Assembly (NCBI GenBank): GCA_026003175.1
Contig: BPGT01000003.1
Span: 268,278-332,277, forward strand
DNA from: Armatimonadota bacterium
Lineage (GTDB): Bacteria > Armatimonadota > HRBIN16
Reading direction: 5' to 3'
Length of the DNA stretch: 64,000 nt
Below the pieces are notes generated by a model. That model was not told where the DNA came from, did no database searches, and saw only the letters and a list, made by a program, of their open reading frames with translations. Shown one piece after another: positions 10,467 to 21,333 of this stretch (position 1 is the stretch's first letter; every line of letters starts with the position of its first letter). The position numbers were made by a program, and so were the translations under genes.

Positions 10467-13400
10467 CTAGTCCTCCTTCTGCAGTTGTTGGATATAGCGT
10501 CTAAGAGCCTCCATCTCCTCATTCAGCCGTTCTCTAAGCCTCTCGCTTGGCTCAGCATTGACTACTGCTACCAGCTGCTCGATGTATTCTTCCAGATGCA
10601 TGGCTATCGTGTTGCGACCAGCCCATTTTTCCAGCTGTACACGAGCCGCGTCCGCCCGCTTCTGATGTTCTTGGCTGAACCGGAAGGCTTTGTAAGCAGC
10701 TTCTCTCCCATCACCAAGTTTATCTTTGTGGAGTGGACGTTTCTGCCTCCATTTCCCCCACTGTGGAGGCAGTTTATCGGTCAGGGCTATCTGCCATTCA
10801 GTCTCGTACTTGGGTACCAGCTCACCGGAGGTGGTTTCATGTATACCGATATAGTATGAATCACCATGTATAGCAATATATCCGTAAGCTGCCGCCCAGC
10901 TCCACAGCTCATCTACGTGATGCTGGTTCTCAACAGGATGAAGCGGAGGTAGCTTGTCAAAGAACCGTTTATCGAGGTGGAGCCTCGCTTTCACCTTGGG
11001 GTCGGCTATGCGTCGTTGATAGAAATGTCTCATTCTATTGGCGCTGCTCAGGTAGTAAGCACGCGCGCCGTAGGTGCGAAGCATGACCGTTAGCGCAAAG
11101 GGATAGCCGTCCTCTACCACCTCCGGACGATATCCATACTCCTGGCACAGTTGCGAGACTGCCTGTTTCAGTTCCTCAATATGCTCCTGCATGCCGTCCG
11201 TACCGTTCCTGGTGATTGGCATACTCACCGCCATCAGCGTCTCGAACCGTGGTTCGCCCGGAGGACTGCTTGTACTCCAGAACGGCTGGCAAACGTCGAA
11301 CAACAGGTCCAGTTTGCGCTTCAGGTACTCTGCTCTTGGTGTCTCTTTGTCCTTATCTCTAAGCACGACATTTAGTACGTTCGCTTCTTTGCGTAGCAGG
11401 GGCAAGAGCACCTCCGCAGCCGCTCGCAAACACAGTTCCGCGTCCTCTTCGGCAGTGAGGCGGGTCATGGTCAGGTTCCCAAAAGCAGGTTCGTGCTCGA
11501 TTTGCGAGCGCTCCGCTGCTATCCTGTGGCGAATCTTATCATGTGGAACTTGAATCTGTTTATAGAAACTATCGAAGTCTTGGCTCACCATTGCGAGCCA
11601 CTCCAGAGTGTAGCCCTGAGCGTATTGCTGGCTCACAATGCGGTTCGCCCACTCTTTGAGCTTCTCAGCGGTTTTCTCGTTGTGTTTTTGCCAGTTCTGC
11701 ACCAGCTGTGCCCATTCACGAAGGTTTGCTGCTAAAGGTAGCTGTAGTCTATTCCCTTGCTGTTCAATCGCTTGCAGCGCAGCAGACAGAGCCAGACGAG
11801 TGAGACTCTCATTTGCGAAGGCCTTCAATTGGTCTATGGCTTGGTCTATAGCGGCAATCTCTGATGGTGTACCGAGCGAGAACCACCCTATTTGGGCTTC
11901 TCTCAGCCTGCGACATTGCAGGTTGAAGCTTTGTATAGCTTCATCGATAACGGTTTCCTGCCTTTTTATCTTCTCGCTGATCGAGTTTTTCACCTGGTCG
12001 ACGGCTTCGGCGAGTTGGTTTAGAAAAGCCTCTGCAGCTTCGTACCCCAAGTTTTCGAGTATCTCCTCCGCCTTTGTGCCTGCCGCCTCCAGAGCGTTTT
12101 GCAGGTGCTCTGATGCTTTCTTTTCTATTGTCTTCTGCTGTTCAGGTAGCCAGCGGGGACGGAGCCGCTCGAACTCGTCGTTCAACAACTGCGCCACGTA
12201 CTCGAACTTCGCCTTCCAGCTTTTGTGACCAGCACCTTCAGCCTGGTTGAGTAGCTGCTGTTTCTGCGGGGGAGTGTAATACAGTCTGGTGCCGTTTGCG
12301 TTCAGCAGGTTTTCGGTTAACAGGTTACTGTTGTCACGCTCATCCAGGCTGTGTGTTCGCAGAAAGGTGTCCACCTCCTGAAACATGTCGCCGGATGCGT
12401 GCTTGGCTTTCGGCTCAAACCATGCCTCCAGCGCAGCTCTGGCAGCGCAGTATCGTACGAGCTCTTCTATCGGTATCGCCAGGTTAGTGACCGCAAGGCT
12501 GTTCATGAGGCGAGGTTCGCCTGTTTCCGCACAGGGGATAGTCTCGATGACCGCCAGCGAATTGCGCTTGGCGCTGCGGGCGCGTGCTCCCAACGGCGAG
12601 CCGATATCAAGCATCAGGCTTCGCGCTACCATCTCGAAAGCGTCCCTCTTGCTGGTAACACCTTGTCCCTTGGCATTGGTGCCTTCTATCAGAAAGACCT
12701 CATCGAAGAGCGGTTCCTTCAGCGTTAATTCTCCTATCATCGGATAGGTGAACGTCCACCGCTCATTTTGAATGTGTTTGGGATTGCAAAAATACTCTAA
12801 TTCCATTAGACCTGCGTAGGCATTGGCTTCGATCACCTCCATCAGAGTAGAGCTGATCCCACTCTCATGACTGAACACAGAAGGCAGATAGAATATCCCG
12901 ACGGTCTCTCCGTCAAGGTTGTTCTGTTCCATCAGATGCCGGACGACTAGCGCCGTGTCTAAAAAGATGCCAGATCCGGTTCCTCCACACAGGGAGCTGA
13001 TAATGTAGATGCGCGGTTGAGAATGGACAACCTTGATGTTTTGCTGTGCGCCTAGCATCATTGCTTGGGCAAGAGTGCGTACTTGCATGATGCGCTGTAT
13101 CGCTGGCATAATGTAGCCCGGGATAGATCGTGTCAAAGGAGGCATGAAAGGCAAACCTGCCAACAGGGCGAATGCCTGCTGCTCCTATCGCATCCTTCAG
13201 AATAACTACGTCTATCCCGTCGCCCAAAAACTGCTCGAAGTAAGGATGCAGATTGCGATCTCTCCTGAGCTCGCTGATCAGCTTCTCTGGATTATGCACA
13301 ACCACGGACGCTCGCTCGTACTCCTCTACCGCCGCCAAATCACCGTCTTCCGTATAGACTCCTTCGTCCGTGTCTATGAAGAGAAAGCTGATCAGGGTAT

Positions 13401-13560
13401 TCATCTGATATCGCTCGCGAAGAATGCGCTTCAGCCTGCGAGCAGTCTCTACGCCGCTTCCACCTAAACCAATCACGAGCGTAGGGCGGAACTCGCCACC
13501 TTCTGTGAACTGGACTGCGCTCATGACTTCCTTCGTACGCGCTAAAACCGGGTGACGCAT
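10467..13560 (-). CDS. Tubulin-like (FtsZ-like / Tubulin_2) domain protein, about 1030 aa, one +1 frameshift at about 13118
   Basis: TLVIGLGGSG, FLFIDTD, GAAGIRPVGRFAF then SSLCGGTGSGIFLD and ANAYAGLMELE, followed by a long coiled-coil C-terminus. The two track ORFs join by removing one base in CCCGGG. Confidence 0.88.
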
Positions 13561-13572
13561 CCCTCTACCTCC

Positions 13573-14803
13573 TCATGAAGACGGTATCATTTGCATGAAC
13601 CGCCAGTATGTCCACATTCCGTAAAGGAGAACTGCCGTTGCCAGGAAGAGTACCACTCGCTTGGACATCGTGAACGACCAGAAGGGCAACCTCATCTTTC
13701 CAGCTGCTCTGCACTCCCTATAGTACACTACTCGGTCGCCTGCAGGAAAGGCAATGGTGCTGGGATGGGGACGTATCTCTTTCCATCCGGTCCCATCCTC
13801 CATCCGAACATGCAAGAACTGTTCCCCTGGTTTTGCCATCACGGTGAAAAGCGTTCCTTGCACACCAGGTATCTGTATGGAACAACCAGAACCTCCTACT
13901 GTTTCATTAACCTCTTTTAATTTCTGAGGATGTACCTCCACCGGATAGGCGTTGCCATCTTTAGCACGGATGTCGAGGATGTGATTATACAGCCATACCT
14001 GCTTAGAAGGCAGCAAAAACGCTGCTACCAGTAACATGGTTCCCACCCAAAACGGCCACACCGGTGGAAACACGACGTTTACCCACACGCTATCCGGTTC
14101 CGATTCTATCCATCGTCCCTCGCGCAGTGTCTGGGCAGCCATAAAAAGGCGATACCTGCCCGGCCGCGGAAAGTCTATGCGAGCCGAGAAGCTGCTGGAG
14201 GGATTTTCTGGAACAATGGCTTTAGCTGCAGGTTCTATCCAGCAACGCAATCGCACTTCGTTGTCTGCAGGACGGTAAAGTTGTTGTTGGGAACCGACAA
14301 GCAGTGAAGCGGATACCTTCGTGACGGACGCCACCCCGGGCATCATGATTCGGGGAGGTAATGTCCACGTAGGGAACCTGTACTACCGAGAAGGCAATTG
14401 GTTCGCTCCATTTCTCACGTTGCACTTTTGAAGCAATGTCCGTCTGCTGTAGACGGGCTTTGATTTGAAAAGTGCCCTGCTCGTGCAGAGTATACATGTT
14501 GGTAAACAGCCCATCACCGGCAACTGTATCCGTGTGAGAACCGTCATCATAAAGGGAAACTCGCTCGACCAGCCTTCCGGTTGCAGTAAATATATTGGCG
14601 GTCACGAAGTGGCGCGCTACAGAGGAAGACGGAGCCGCACGAACTTCTATACGAATGCTGGGTTCAGCTTTACCCCAGGCGTAAACCTGCTGGTTCTGTG
14701 GTGAAACTACCTCAGGAACAGGCAGAGACTGGGCGCAGAGTGGAGACGTGCTCCATAGCCACAAGCCAACCAAACTTATCCCGATTAGGCGTCCTGCACG
14801 CAT
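13573..14803 (-). CDS. Membrane protein with choice-of-anchor X-like domain, TM helix and degenerate FHA-like segment, about 409 aa, one +1 frameshift at about 14335
   Basis: Signal peptide, LYDDGSHTDTVAGDGLFT motif, TM PVWPFWVGTMLLVAAFLLP, TVGGSGCSIQIPGV, C-terminal TM. RBS AGGAGG. Confidence 0.72.
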
Positions 14804-15164
14804 TAGAGTGCCTCCTACTGCGTGAGAGGGTGCGACTATTCGTCATCATGCTCGGTCATGATGCTTACTCTTATAGACACTTTATGATATCAAATGTTTC
14901 AACAAAAGTCGAGCTTTTAGGGCAAATCGGGTAAATTTGCCAGGTACTGTTCACTGAGAGTGCTCTTCTCTATACATGAAGGTGCTCCAGAGGACAGAGG
15001 CAAGCATTGTCACTGAAAATTCCTCCCAAGAACCTGAAACATTCCCCTGCGCTTGTGCATCCAAAAGAGTGAAGGAGAAACCGCAGAGTACTTCCACGAG
15101 GATATTCAGGTAGGGTAGACCTTCCCGCAGAACGGTTGCTCGCCCAGGAAGGTGAGAGGAGAAC

Positions 15165-16013
15165 ATGCGCTTTTGCGCATCTGGGAAGATGGAGGTTCAA
15201 TCAAGTATGTGCTATGCTTCCACATTCCGATTTTTTACACACGTGGAAGTGGATGGTCTGGACGAAGTGCCTTTTGAGGATAGCGAGACCCTGCGCCTGC
15301 CCGACCCGCAGCGACTGCAGCAGCTGGAAGACCTGAGGATAGAGTTCCTGAACCGCTGGCAGGCGGGGGATGAGATAGAAGAGCTGGTTCAACGCATCTT
15401 TGCTGTGCCGGTAGATACCTTCCTGCCGGCGCATCCGCCTCGCTACATTGTGGGCTACAACGTACGGTGTCCCTTGCAGGCGCAGGTGTTTCGCCGCGTC
15501 ATGCGCGACCTGGACCGCTACGTCGCCGTGCTGTCGCGCTTTGTGCTGCGGGTGCGGGTGTTGTCGGTTGCTTCGCCGCTACCGGAACGCCCTGATGGCT
15601 ACCCCGACCTGCCGAGCGTGCTGCGCACCATCCGCTATTTAGGCGAGGGGCTGTGGCTGCGGGCGGTGAGCGACTTCGAGCGTGAGAGGCGCAAAACGCT
15701 GTGCTGGCGCTATCTTCCCAAATCGCTGGTGGCGGAGGGGGCTGTGCCGGAAGGGATGGCGGACGCGCTGGACCTGCTGCTGTATAAAGCGCAAATCGTG
15801 CGTATCCTCGCCAGCGACCCTGTGGGAGAACTGCAAGATGCTCTGGCGCAAGGTGCGGAGGAGTATGTGCACGCGCTACATCGAGTGGTAAAAGCGGTAG
15901 CCATTCACCGGCGTCGGGAACGTCTTAGAAAATTTATGCTGTCGCCTCGCTCTTACCCTGTCGCGAGACGGCAGTTGACCACCTCAACACGGAACCTCGG
16001 GCATAGAGCATAG
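15165..16013 (+). CDS. Hypothetical protein
   Basis: 282 aa, RBS GAGGAG, host-like codon usage, followed by a terminator. Confidence 0.75.
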   Translation: MRFCASGKMEVQSSMCYASTFRFFTHVEVDGLDEVPFEDSETLRLPDPQRLQQLEDLRIEFLNRWQAGDEIEELVQRIFAVPVDTFLPAHPPRYIVGYNVRCPLQAQVFRRVMRDLDRYVAVLSRFVLRVRVLSVASPLPERPDGYPDLPSVLRTIRYLGEGLWLRAVSDFERERRKTLCWRYLPKSLVAEGAVPEGMADALDLLLYKAQIVRILASDPVGELQDALAQGAEEYVHALHRVVKAVAIHRRRERLRKFMLSPRSYPVARRQLTTSTRNLGHRA

Positions 16014-16039
16014 GGCCGCTCTCAAGCTCTCTACAGTTT

Positions 16040-16071
16040 GCGGCAGGGTAAAACACCCTGCCGCCTTTTTT
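16040..16071 (+). terminator. Rho-independent terminator
   Basis: GCGGCAGGGT-AAAAC-ACCCTGCCGC hairpin plus T-run between convergent genes. Confidence 0.8.
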
Positions 16072-16074
16072 ACT

Positions 16075-17374
16075 CTACTTACCGACAGGGATCATCTCGC
16101 CGTGCGCTTCTAACAGGTCATCTACCAACGACCAGATTTCGTCCAGCGTGAGCTCAGCCGCGGTGTGCGGGTCGAGCATCGCCGCATGATAGATATGCTC
16201 GCGTTTGCCGGTCAACGCGGCTTCTACCGTGAGGTACTGCACGTTGACGTTGGTGGAGATGATCGCTGCCAGCTGTGGGGGCAAGTCGCCGATGCGCACA
16301 GGCTGCACGCCGTTCTTGTCCACCAGGCAGGGCACCTCCACACAACAACCGGGCAACAGGTTGGTAATCAACCCATCGTTGCGCACGTTGCCGTACACCA
16401 CGCGCGGGACGCCCGTCTCCATACTATGGATAATCAACGAGCCGTACTCCATGCTACGGTGCACCTCTATCGGCTCGTCGCTTTCGAACTCCACGCGCAT
16501 CCGTTCCCAGCGGGCAATCACTTCCTCACAGCGGCGGATATATTCATCCAGCGGGATGTTGAACCGCTCGATGAGGTCGGGACGGTCGCGCCGGATGAAG
16601 TAGGGCACGTACTCCGCGTAGTGTTCGCTGGACTCGGTGACGAAGTAGCCCAATCGCATCATCATCTCGTAGCGCACGCGGTTATAGTGGGGCACGCGCC
16701 CCTCCAGATATATCTGGCGCAGAGCAGGGTACAGGTCTTGGCCGTTGCGCTCAAAGCGCAGGTAGAAAGCGTGGTGATTGATGCCTGCGCAGACGTAGTT
16801 GACCTCCTCGAAGGGGATTTTAAGGTCTTCCACCGCCAGCGACCACGCCGTGCCCTGTACACTGTGGCACAGCCCCACTACTTTCACCTTCGAAGCGCGG
16901 GTACCACGCCCAGCAGTTGATTGCCATTGGGTTGGTGTAGTTGATGAACAGAGCATCGGGACATAACTCCTCCATGTCGCGCGCGATGCTCAGCAATACG
17001 GGGATGGTTCGCAGTCCACGCATGATGCCCCCAACGCCCAGTGTGTCGGCGATGGTCTGCCGCAAGCCGTACTTCTTGGGGATTTCGAAATCGATCACGG
17101 TGGAGGGTTTGTAGCCGCCCACCTGAATGGTGTTGATGACGTAATCTGCGCCGTCCAGTGCCTCGCGTCGGTCCAAAGTGGCGGTGATGGTAGGATGAGC
17201 GTTCACCGCCTTTGCCACCTTCTCCGCCACGCGCTTCGCGGTGTGCAAACGGTCGGGGTCAATATCCATTAAAGCGATGTGTGACTCCGCCAGTTCGGGG
17301 AAGCTCAAGATGTCGCCCAGCAGGTTCTTGGTGAACACCACGCTCCCCGCACCGATGATGGTTATTTTGGGCAT
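16075..17374 (-). CDS. melA: Alpha-galactosidase, GH4 (frameshift at about 16900)
   Basis: KITIIGAGS NAD-binding motif, NYTNPM, VGLCHSVQ, AGINH, FVTESSEH. The two ORFs join with a single-base removal. Confidence 0.9.
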
Positions 17375-17504
17375 TCTGCAGCTCCTTTCTGCTCGGTTCT
17401 TTCTGCTTTCGGTTCGGTAAAATATCGCTCGCTTCCTGCCGAAGCAGGAGTCCCGAGAGCCGGTACGAATCGAAAGCGTATCTACTGTATGGAGGCAACC
17501 GGAG

Positions 17505-18494
17505 ATGGCATTTCAGGGTAAGGAGCAGTGGAAAGGTGTGCATATCATGGCGCCTCGTTCGGAGGATATGCCTTTGCTCAACAGAGCGATTGAGCAAACT
17601 CTTGCTCCGCTGGGCGTGAACGTGCTGATTCTGGAGGTCAACTACGGCTTCGAGTACCGCTCGCACCCCGAACTGCGGATGAATGGGGCGCTGAGCAAGG
17701 CGGATATCCGTGACATACTGGCAACGTGTCGCAAGTACCGTATTCGCCTGGTGCCGCAGTTTAACTGCCTGGGGCATCAGTCGTGGGCGAAGACCACCTT
17801 CCCCCTGCTGGTGAAGTATCCCGAGTTCGACGAAACTCCGCAAATCCCGATAGACAATCCCGATATCTACTGTCGCAGCTGGTGTCCCTTGCACCCAAAG
17901 GTGAACAAGGTGGTGTTCGCGCTCATGGACGAACTGATAGATGCCTTCGAGGCAGATGCCTTCCACGTAGGCATGGACGAGGTGTTCCTCATCGCCAGCG
18001 ACCAGTGCCCACGCTGTCGCGGCAAGAACCCCGCCGACCTGTTCGCCAAGGCGGTCAAAGACTATCACCAGCATCTGGTGAAAAAGCACAAACTGGCCAT
18101 GCTGATGTGGGGCGACCGGCTGCTGGACGACTCGGTGATGAAGTACGGCAAGTGGGAAGCCAGCCAGAACGGAACCGCGCCGTCCGTGGACATGATTCCC
18201 AAGGATATTATCATTTGCGACTGGCACTACGAGCTGCGCGACGAGTATCCCTCGGTGCCGTTCTTCCAGCAAAAGGGCTTTCGGGTGCTTCCGTCCAGCT
18301 GGCGCAATGTGCAGGCGGCGATTGCCCTGCGCGACTACGCTCGCAAGAACGCCACCGAGAAAATGATCGGTCACCTGTGCACGACGTGGTCTAGCGGTGG
18401 GGACATCGCCCGCGCCCTGCTGGATGACCCCAAGTCTTCCGAGAGCGCGAAACAGGCGGTGCAGGCGTTAAAAGCGGTGGTGTCACCAGATTGA
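17505..18494 (+). CDS. GH20 family hexosaminidase-like protein
   Basis: PQFNCLGH and FHVGMDEV catalytic motif, MLMWGD. Confidence 0.88.
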   Translation: MAFQGKEQWKGVHIMAPRSEDMPLLNRAIEQTLAPLGVNVLILEVNYGFEYRSHPELRMNGALSKADIRDILATCRKYRIRLVPQFNCLGHQSWAKTTFPLLVKYPEFDETPQIPIDNPDIYCRSWCPLHPKVNKVVFALMDELIDAFEADAFHVGMDEVFLIASDQCPRCRGKNPADLFAKAVKDYHQHLVKKHKLAMLMWGDRLLDDSVMKYGKWEASQNGTAPSVDMIPKDIIICDWHYELRDEYPSVPFFQQKGFRVLPSSWRNVQAAIALRDYARKNATEKMIGHLCTTWSSGGDIARALLDDPKSSESAKQAVQALKAVVSPD

Positions 18495-18556
18495 CAAATC
18501 TATTGCCACAAGTGCCTCTTAATATCGGGGACGCAATGTAGAGGCGGTATAACGGC

Positions 18557-18640
18557 ATGAGCCTTATCATCCCTGACGAAATCCTGCAGGCAGCGTGGAT
18601 GACGGAGAATGAGGTAAACCCGAATAATCACGTGCGGTGA
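18557..18640 (+). pseudogene. Truncated UPF0175-family (putative antitoxin) remnant
   Basis: MSLIIPDEILQAAWMTENEV matches the typical UPF0175 N-terminus, then ends after 27 codons. Confidence 0.55.
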
Positions 18641-18644
18641 AGTA

Positions 18645-20249
18645 CTACCCTCTCTCCAGCACCAGCAGCCAGTCCTGGAACTTTGGCAGCACGGGTGTTG
18701 TCCAGCTACCCTGTTCATCGGCGCGAGCCTCGCCCAGCGGTATCTCCTGTCCGGTAGCGGGGTCGAACAGTAACGCCCGGTAGGAGACGTCCGGCTCCAG
18801 CGACTTCACCGTGATTCGCCACTGGTACGTGGGCGCATAGATAAGGCGTAACTCGCCCGGGATGCCTGCCGCATACGGCAGGAAGAAGTTTCCTTCGTTC
18901 CAGTGCGGCTCCACCCATTCGGGGTGTGGCTCAACGCGCCACCACGAGTAGCGCTCCAGCAGCCGTTTTGCCATGCCCAGCTGCGCGGAACCGGGCAGCT
19001 GGTACGCCTCCTCCCAGGGGGTATCACCCCACGCCATGCCGTGCGGGGAGGCGCCGTATGGCTTCTCGCGCGTGTTCACCTGCCAGATGCCGTTCGCGCC
19101 ATAGGTGAAGCCCTTCGCACCGTTCAGCCAGCACGCCCAGAACATTATCCGCTGCACTTCCTGCCTGCTCGCCTCGCCGATGCCTTCGTAGCACACCTCC
19201 CCCTCTACCACCGGCATCACCGGCTGGCGGTTGTAAGAGCGAACCACCTGCTGGATGGTGTTGGGCAGGCTGGTGCGGTCGCCGTGACCGGTCTGCAGCA
19301 TATCGAAATCCAGCATCTCATCGGCAAGACTGTCGCGTGCCGACACGGAGGGGTGCGCCGTGATGGGGTGACCGTAGGGGTCTATGGTGTGCGCATATCG
19401 GGCCACCTCTTCCCACATCGCACGGGTTTGGGCAGCGTACTGCTCGTGCCACTCGCGCGGGCGGTGGTGGTCGTCGTAGAAGGGCATGAGAATCTCGCCT
19501 GCCAGACACCACACCACGGGATAGGCTCCCCACCGCGCTACCAGATAGCGCCAGTGCTGTTTCATCTTCTCCACGCCCAACCAGTGGATGTAGTATCCCC
19601 AGCAGCCCACAATGCAGGGCACGAGTCCGTTCTTCACCAGCCAGTGAATGCGCAGATCCGCCATGTCAAAGTAGCGCGGGTTGATTCGTCTCCACCCCTC
19701 TTCCCACGCGAAGCCTGCTTCGTTCATGCTGCGCTCGTCGAAAGCCCCCATATCGGGGTACAGTCCCGCCACTATCTGGATGACCGTGAATCCCTTCTGC
19801 ACGCGGTCGGCAGTCAGGGCGGCGAAGTCGCCGGGGAAGGAGAGCCGCTTGCTAAGACCCATCCACCACGTGTCGCCCAGCCAGAGGAAAGGCGTGCCAT
19901 CGCGGTGTTGCAGGTAGCGTCCGTCTGCTGAGACCTGCAGACCGCCGCGACGCAGCAGGGGGTTGGTTCCCTCATACGGTTGGACGGTCAGCTTGCCCTC
20001 CACACCATGCAGGGAAGGGTTGTTGGTATCGGTGCACACGGTGCGCCAGCGGTACTCGCCTGCCTGCGAAGGGGCGAAGCGTACACGCCACTCCTGCTCC
20101 CCTGCCCAGAAGGCAGGTACCCTTTGTTCACTGCCGTCGGGCGCAGTGAAGAGCACATCCAGTTCCACATCGTGGAACGGGTCGGAGTAAGAGCGCGAGG
20201 ACACAAGTCCCCACTCTATGGGGCAGTTTGCCTGTGCCGAATAGTGCAT
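18645..20249 (-). CDS. DUF5060/DUF4038 (apiosidase-like) glycoside hydrolase
   Basis: PAFWAG..WRVRFAP, DGTPFLWLGDTWW, VVWCLAGE, MLQTGH, TYGANGIWQ. RBS GGAGG before ATG 20249. Confidence 0.88.
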   Translation of the reverse strand: MHYSAQANCPIEWGLVSSRSYSDPFHDVELDVLFTAPDGSEQRVPAFWAGEQEWRVRFAPSQAGEYRWRTVCTDTNNPSLHGVEGKLTVQPYEGTNPLLRRGGLQVSADGRYLQHRDGTPFLWLGDTWWMGLSKRLSFPGDFAALTADRVQKGFTVIQIVAGLYPDMGAFDERSMNEAGFAWEEGWRRINPRYFDMADLRIHWLVKNGLVPCIVGCWGYYIHWLGVEKMKQHWRYLVARWGAYPVVWCLAGEILMPFYDDHHRPREWHEQYAAQTRAMWEEVARYAHTIDPYGHPITAHPSVSARDSLADEMLDFDMLQTGHGDRTSLPNTIQQVVRSYNRQPVMPVVEGEVCYEGIGEASRQEVQRIMFWACWLNGAKGFTYGANGIWQVNTREKPYGASPHGMAWGDTPWEEAYQLPGSAQLGMAKRLLERYSWWRVEPHPEWVEPHWNEGNFFLPYAAGIPGELRLIYAPTYQWRITVKSLEPDVSYRALLFDPATGQEIPLGEARADEQGSWTTPVLPKFQDWLLVLERG

Positions 20250-20266
20250 GGTTTGCCTCCTGCCTG

Positions 20267-20755
20267 CTATTCCCGAATGCCCTCTACCAGGCAACGCACG
20301 TACCAGATTTGTCCGGCGTGGTAGATATCATGTTCGATAGCGAGCAGGAAAATCTCCTCTGCGGACATCTTCTTACCGTGATAATAGGGAACCTTGTGCG
20401 TCAACTGCTCGTCGGTAAGGGTGTGGAGGGTTGCCAGCAGTTGCTCGTGTCCGGCGTCCGCAAGGCGGATGGCGGCGGCGAGGTCGCCTCCGTCTTCCTC
20501 GAATCGCTGCTGAATCTGCTCCCAGCGGAGCGCACCGTCTCCAAACGCCACGTTGTGCAGGGCGTGCTTGTCGCCGGCAGCGTGGAAGGCGATTTCCAGA
20601 ATGGAGCCGTGCATCCAGGGGAAGCCTTTGTAGTGAGGAGGGCGCCATCGCGCCGTCTGGTCGTCCACGCCTTCCAGCGCACGACGCAGGGAGTGGTAGC
20701 GACTATCGCGATAGGCGCGCTCCAGCAACTGGGCAAGCGTCTGTACCCGGTTCAT
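20267..20755 (-). CDS. DinB family protein
   Basis: SILEIAFH and EHDIYHAGQI motifs. Confidence 0.88.
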   Translation of the reverse strand: MNRVQTLAQLLERAYRDSRYHSLRRALEGVDDQTARWRPPHYKGFPWMHGSILEIAFHAAGDKHALHNVAFGDGALRWEQIQQRFEEDGGDLAAAIRLADAGHEQLLATLHTLTDEQLTHKVPYYHGKKMSAEEIFLLAIEHDIYHAGQIWYVRCLVEGIRE

Positions 20756-21327
20756 GAAATTACTCCCTCGTACACTTCAGCAAGAAGCAGGGTACACCCG
20801 ATAGAGACGAGGTGAACCTCCCCCTCCAGCCCTTGCACCACGTTCAGCAGCCAGCGTCCGTTCGGCTGGCGTTCGTAGTGTTCGACACGCGGTTCGCTCT
20901 GGGACACCAGCAGGTAGTCGCGCAAGGAAGGTATCTGGATATACTGCAGGAACTTCTCACCGCGGTCGCGTGCTTCGGTGGACTCGGAAAGCACCTCCAC
21001 GACCAGTGTAGGGTTGAGCAGCACGTCCTTCTGTTCATCACGAAACTGTGGCTCTCCACACACGACCGTCAGGTCCGGGTAGGCGAACATCTCCTGCCCG
21101 GGCGTTTGCACCTTCAGGTCGCTGGCGTATCCCCTGCAGGACGTGTGGCGCAACTGAGTGTGCAGAATCCCCGCCAGATTGAAAACAATCTGGTTATGCG
21201 CAGGGCTTGCTCCTGCGAACGCAAAGACCTGCCCACGTATGTACTCCCGCTTGACCGAGGAGCTGCGCTCTTCTCGCAGGTAGTCTTCGGGGGACAGTTT
21301 ATCCCGGTATGCACTGGGCAGAGCCAT
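20752..21327 (-). CDS. Uma2 family endonuclease
   Basis: YPDLTVVC, PTLVVEVLSEST, DRGEKF, YLLVSQ. Confidence 0.92.
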   Translation of the reverse strand: MALPSAYRDKLSPEDYLREERSSSVKREYIRGQVFAFAGASPAHNQIVFNLAGILHTQLRHTSCRGYASDLKVQTPGQEMFAYPDLTVVCGEPQFRDEQKDVLLNPTLVVEVLSESTEARDRGEKFLQYIQIPSLRDYLLVSQSEPRVEHYERQPNGRWLLNVVQGLEGEVHLVSIGCTLLLAEVYEGVIS

Positions 21328-21333
21328 CGCCTG

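Noticed and set aside
8280-15160. Prophage or integrative element boundaries for the tubulin island
   Set aside because: No integrase, tRNA or flanking direct repeats could be seen by eye.
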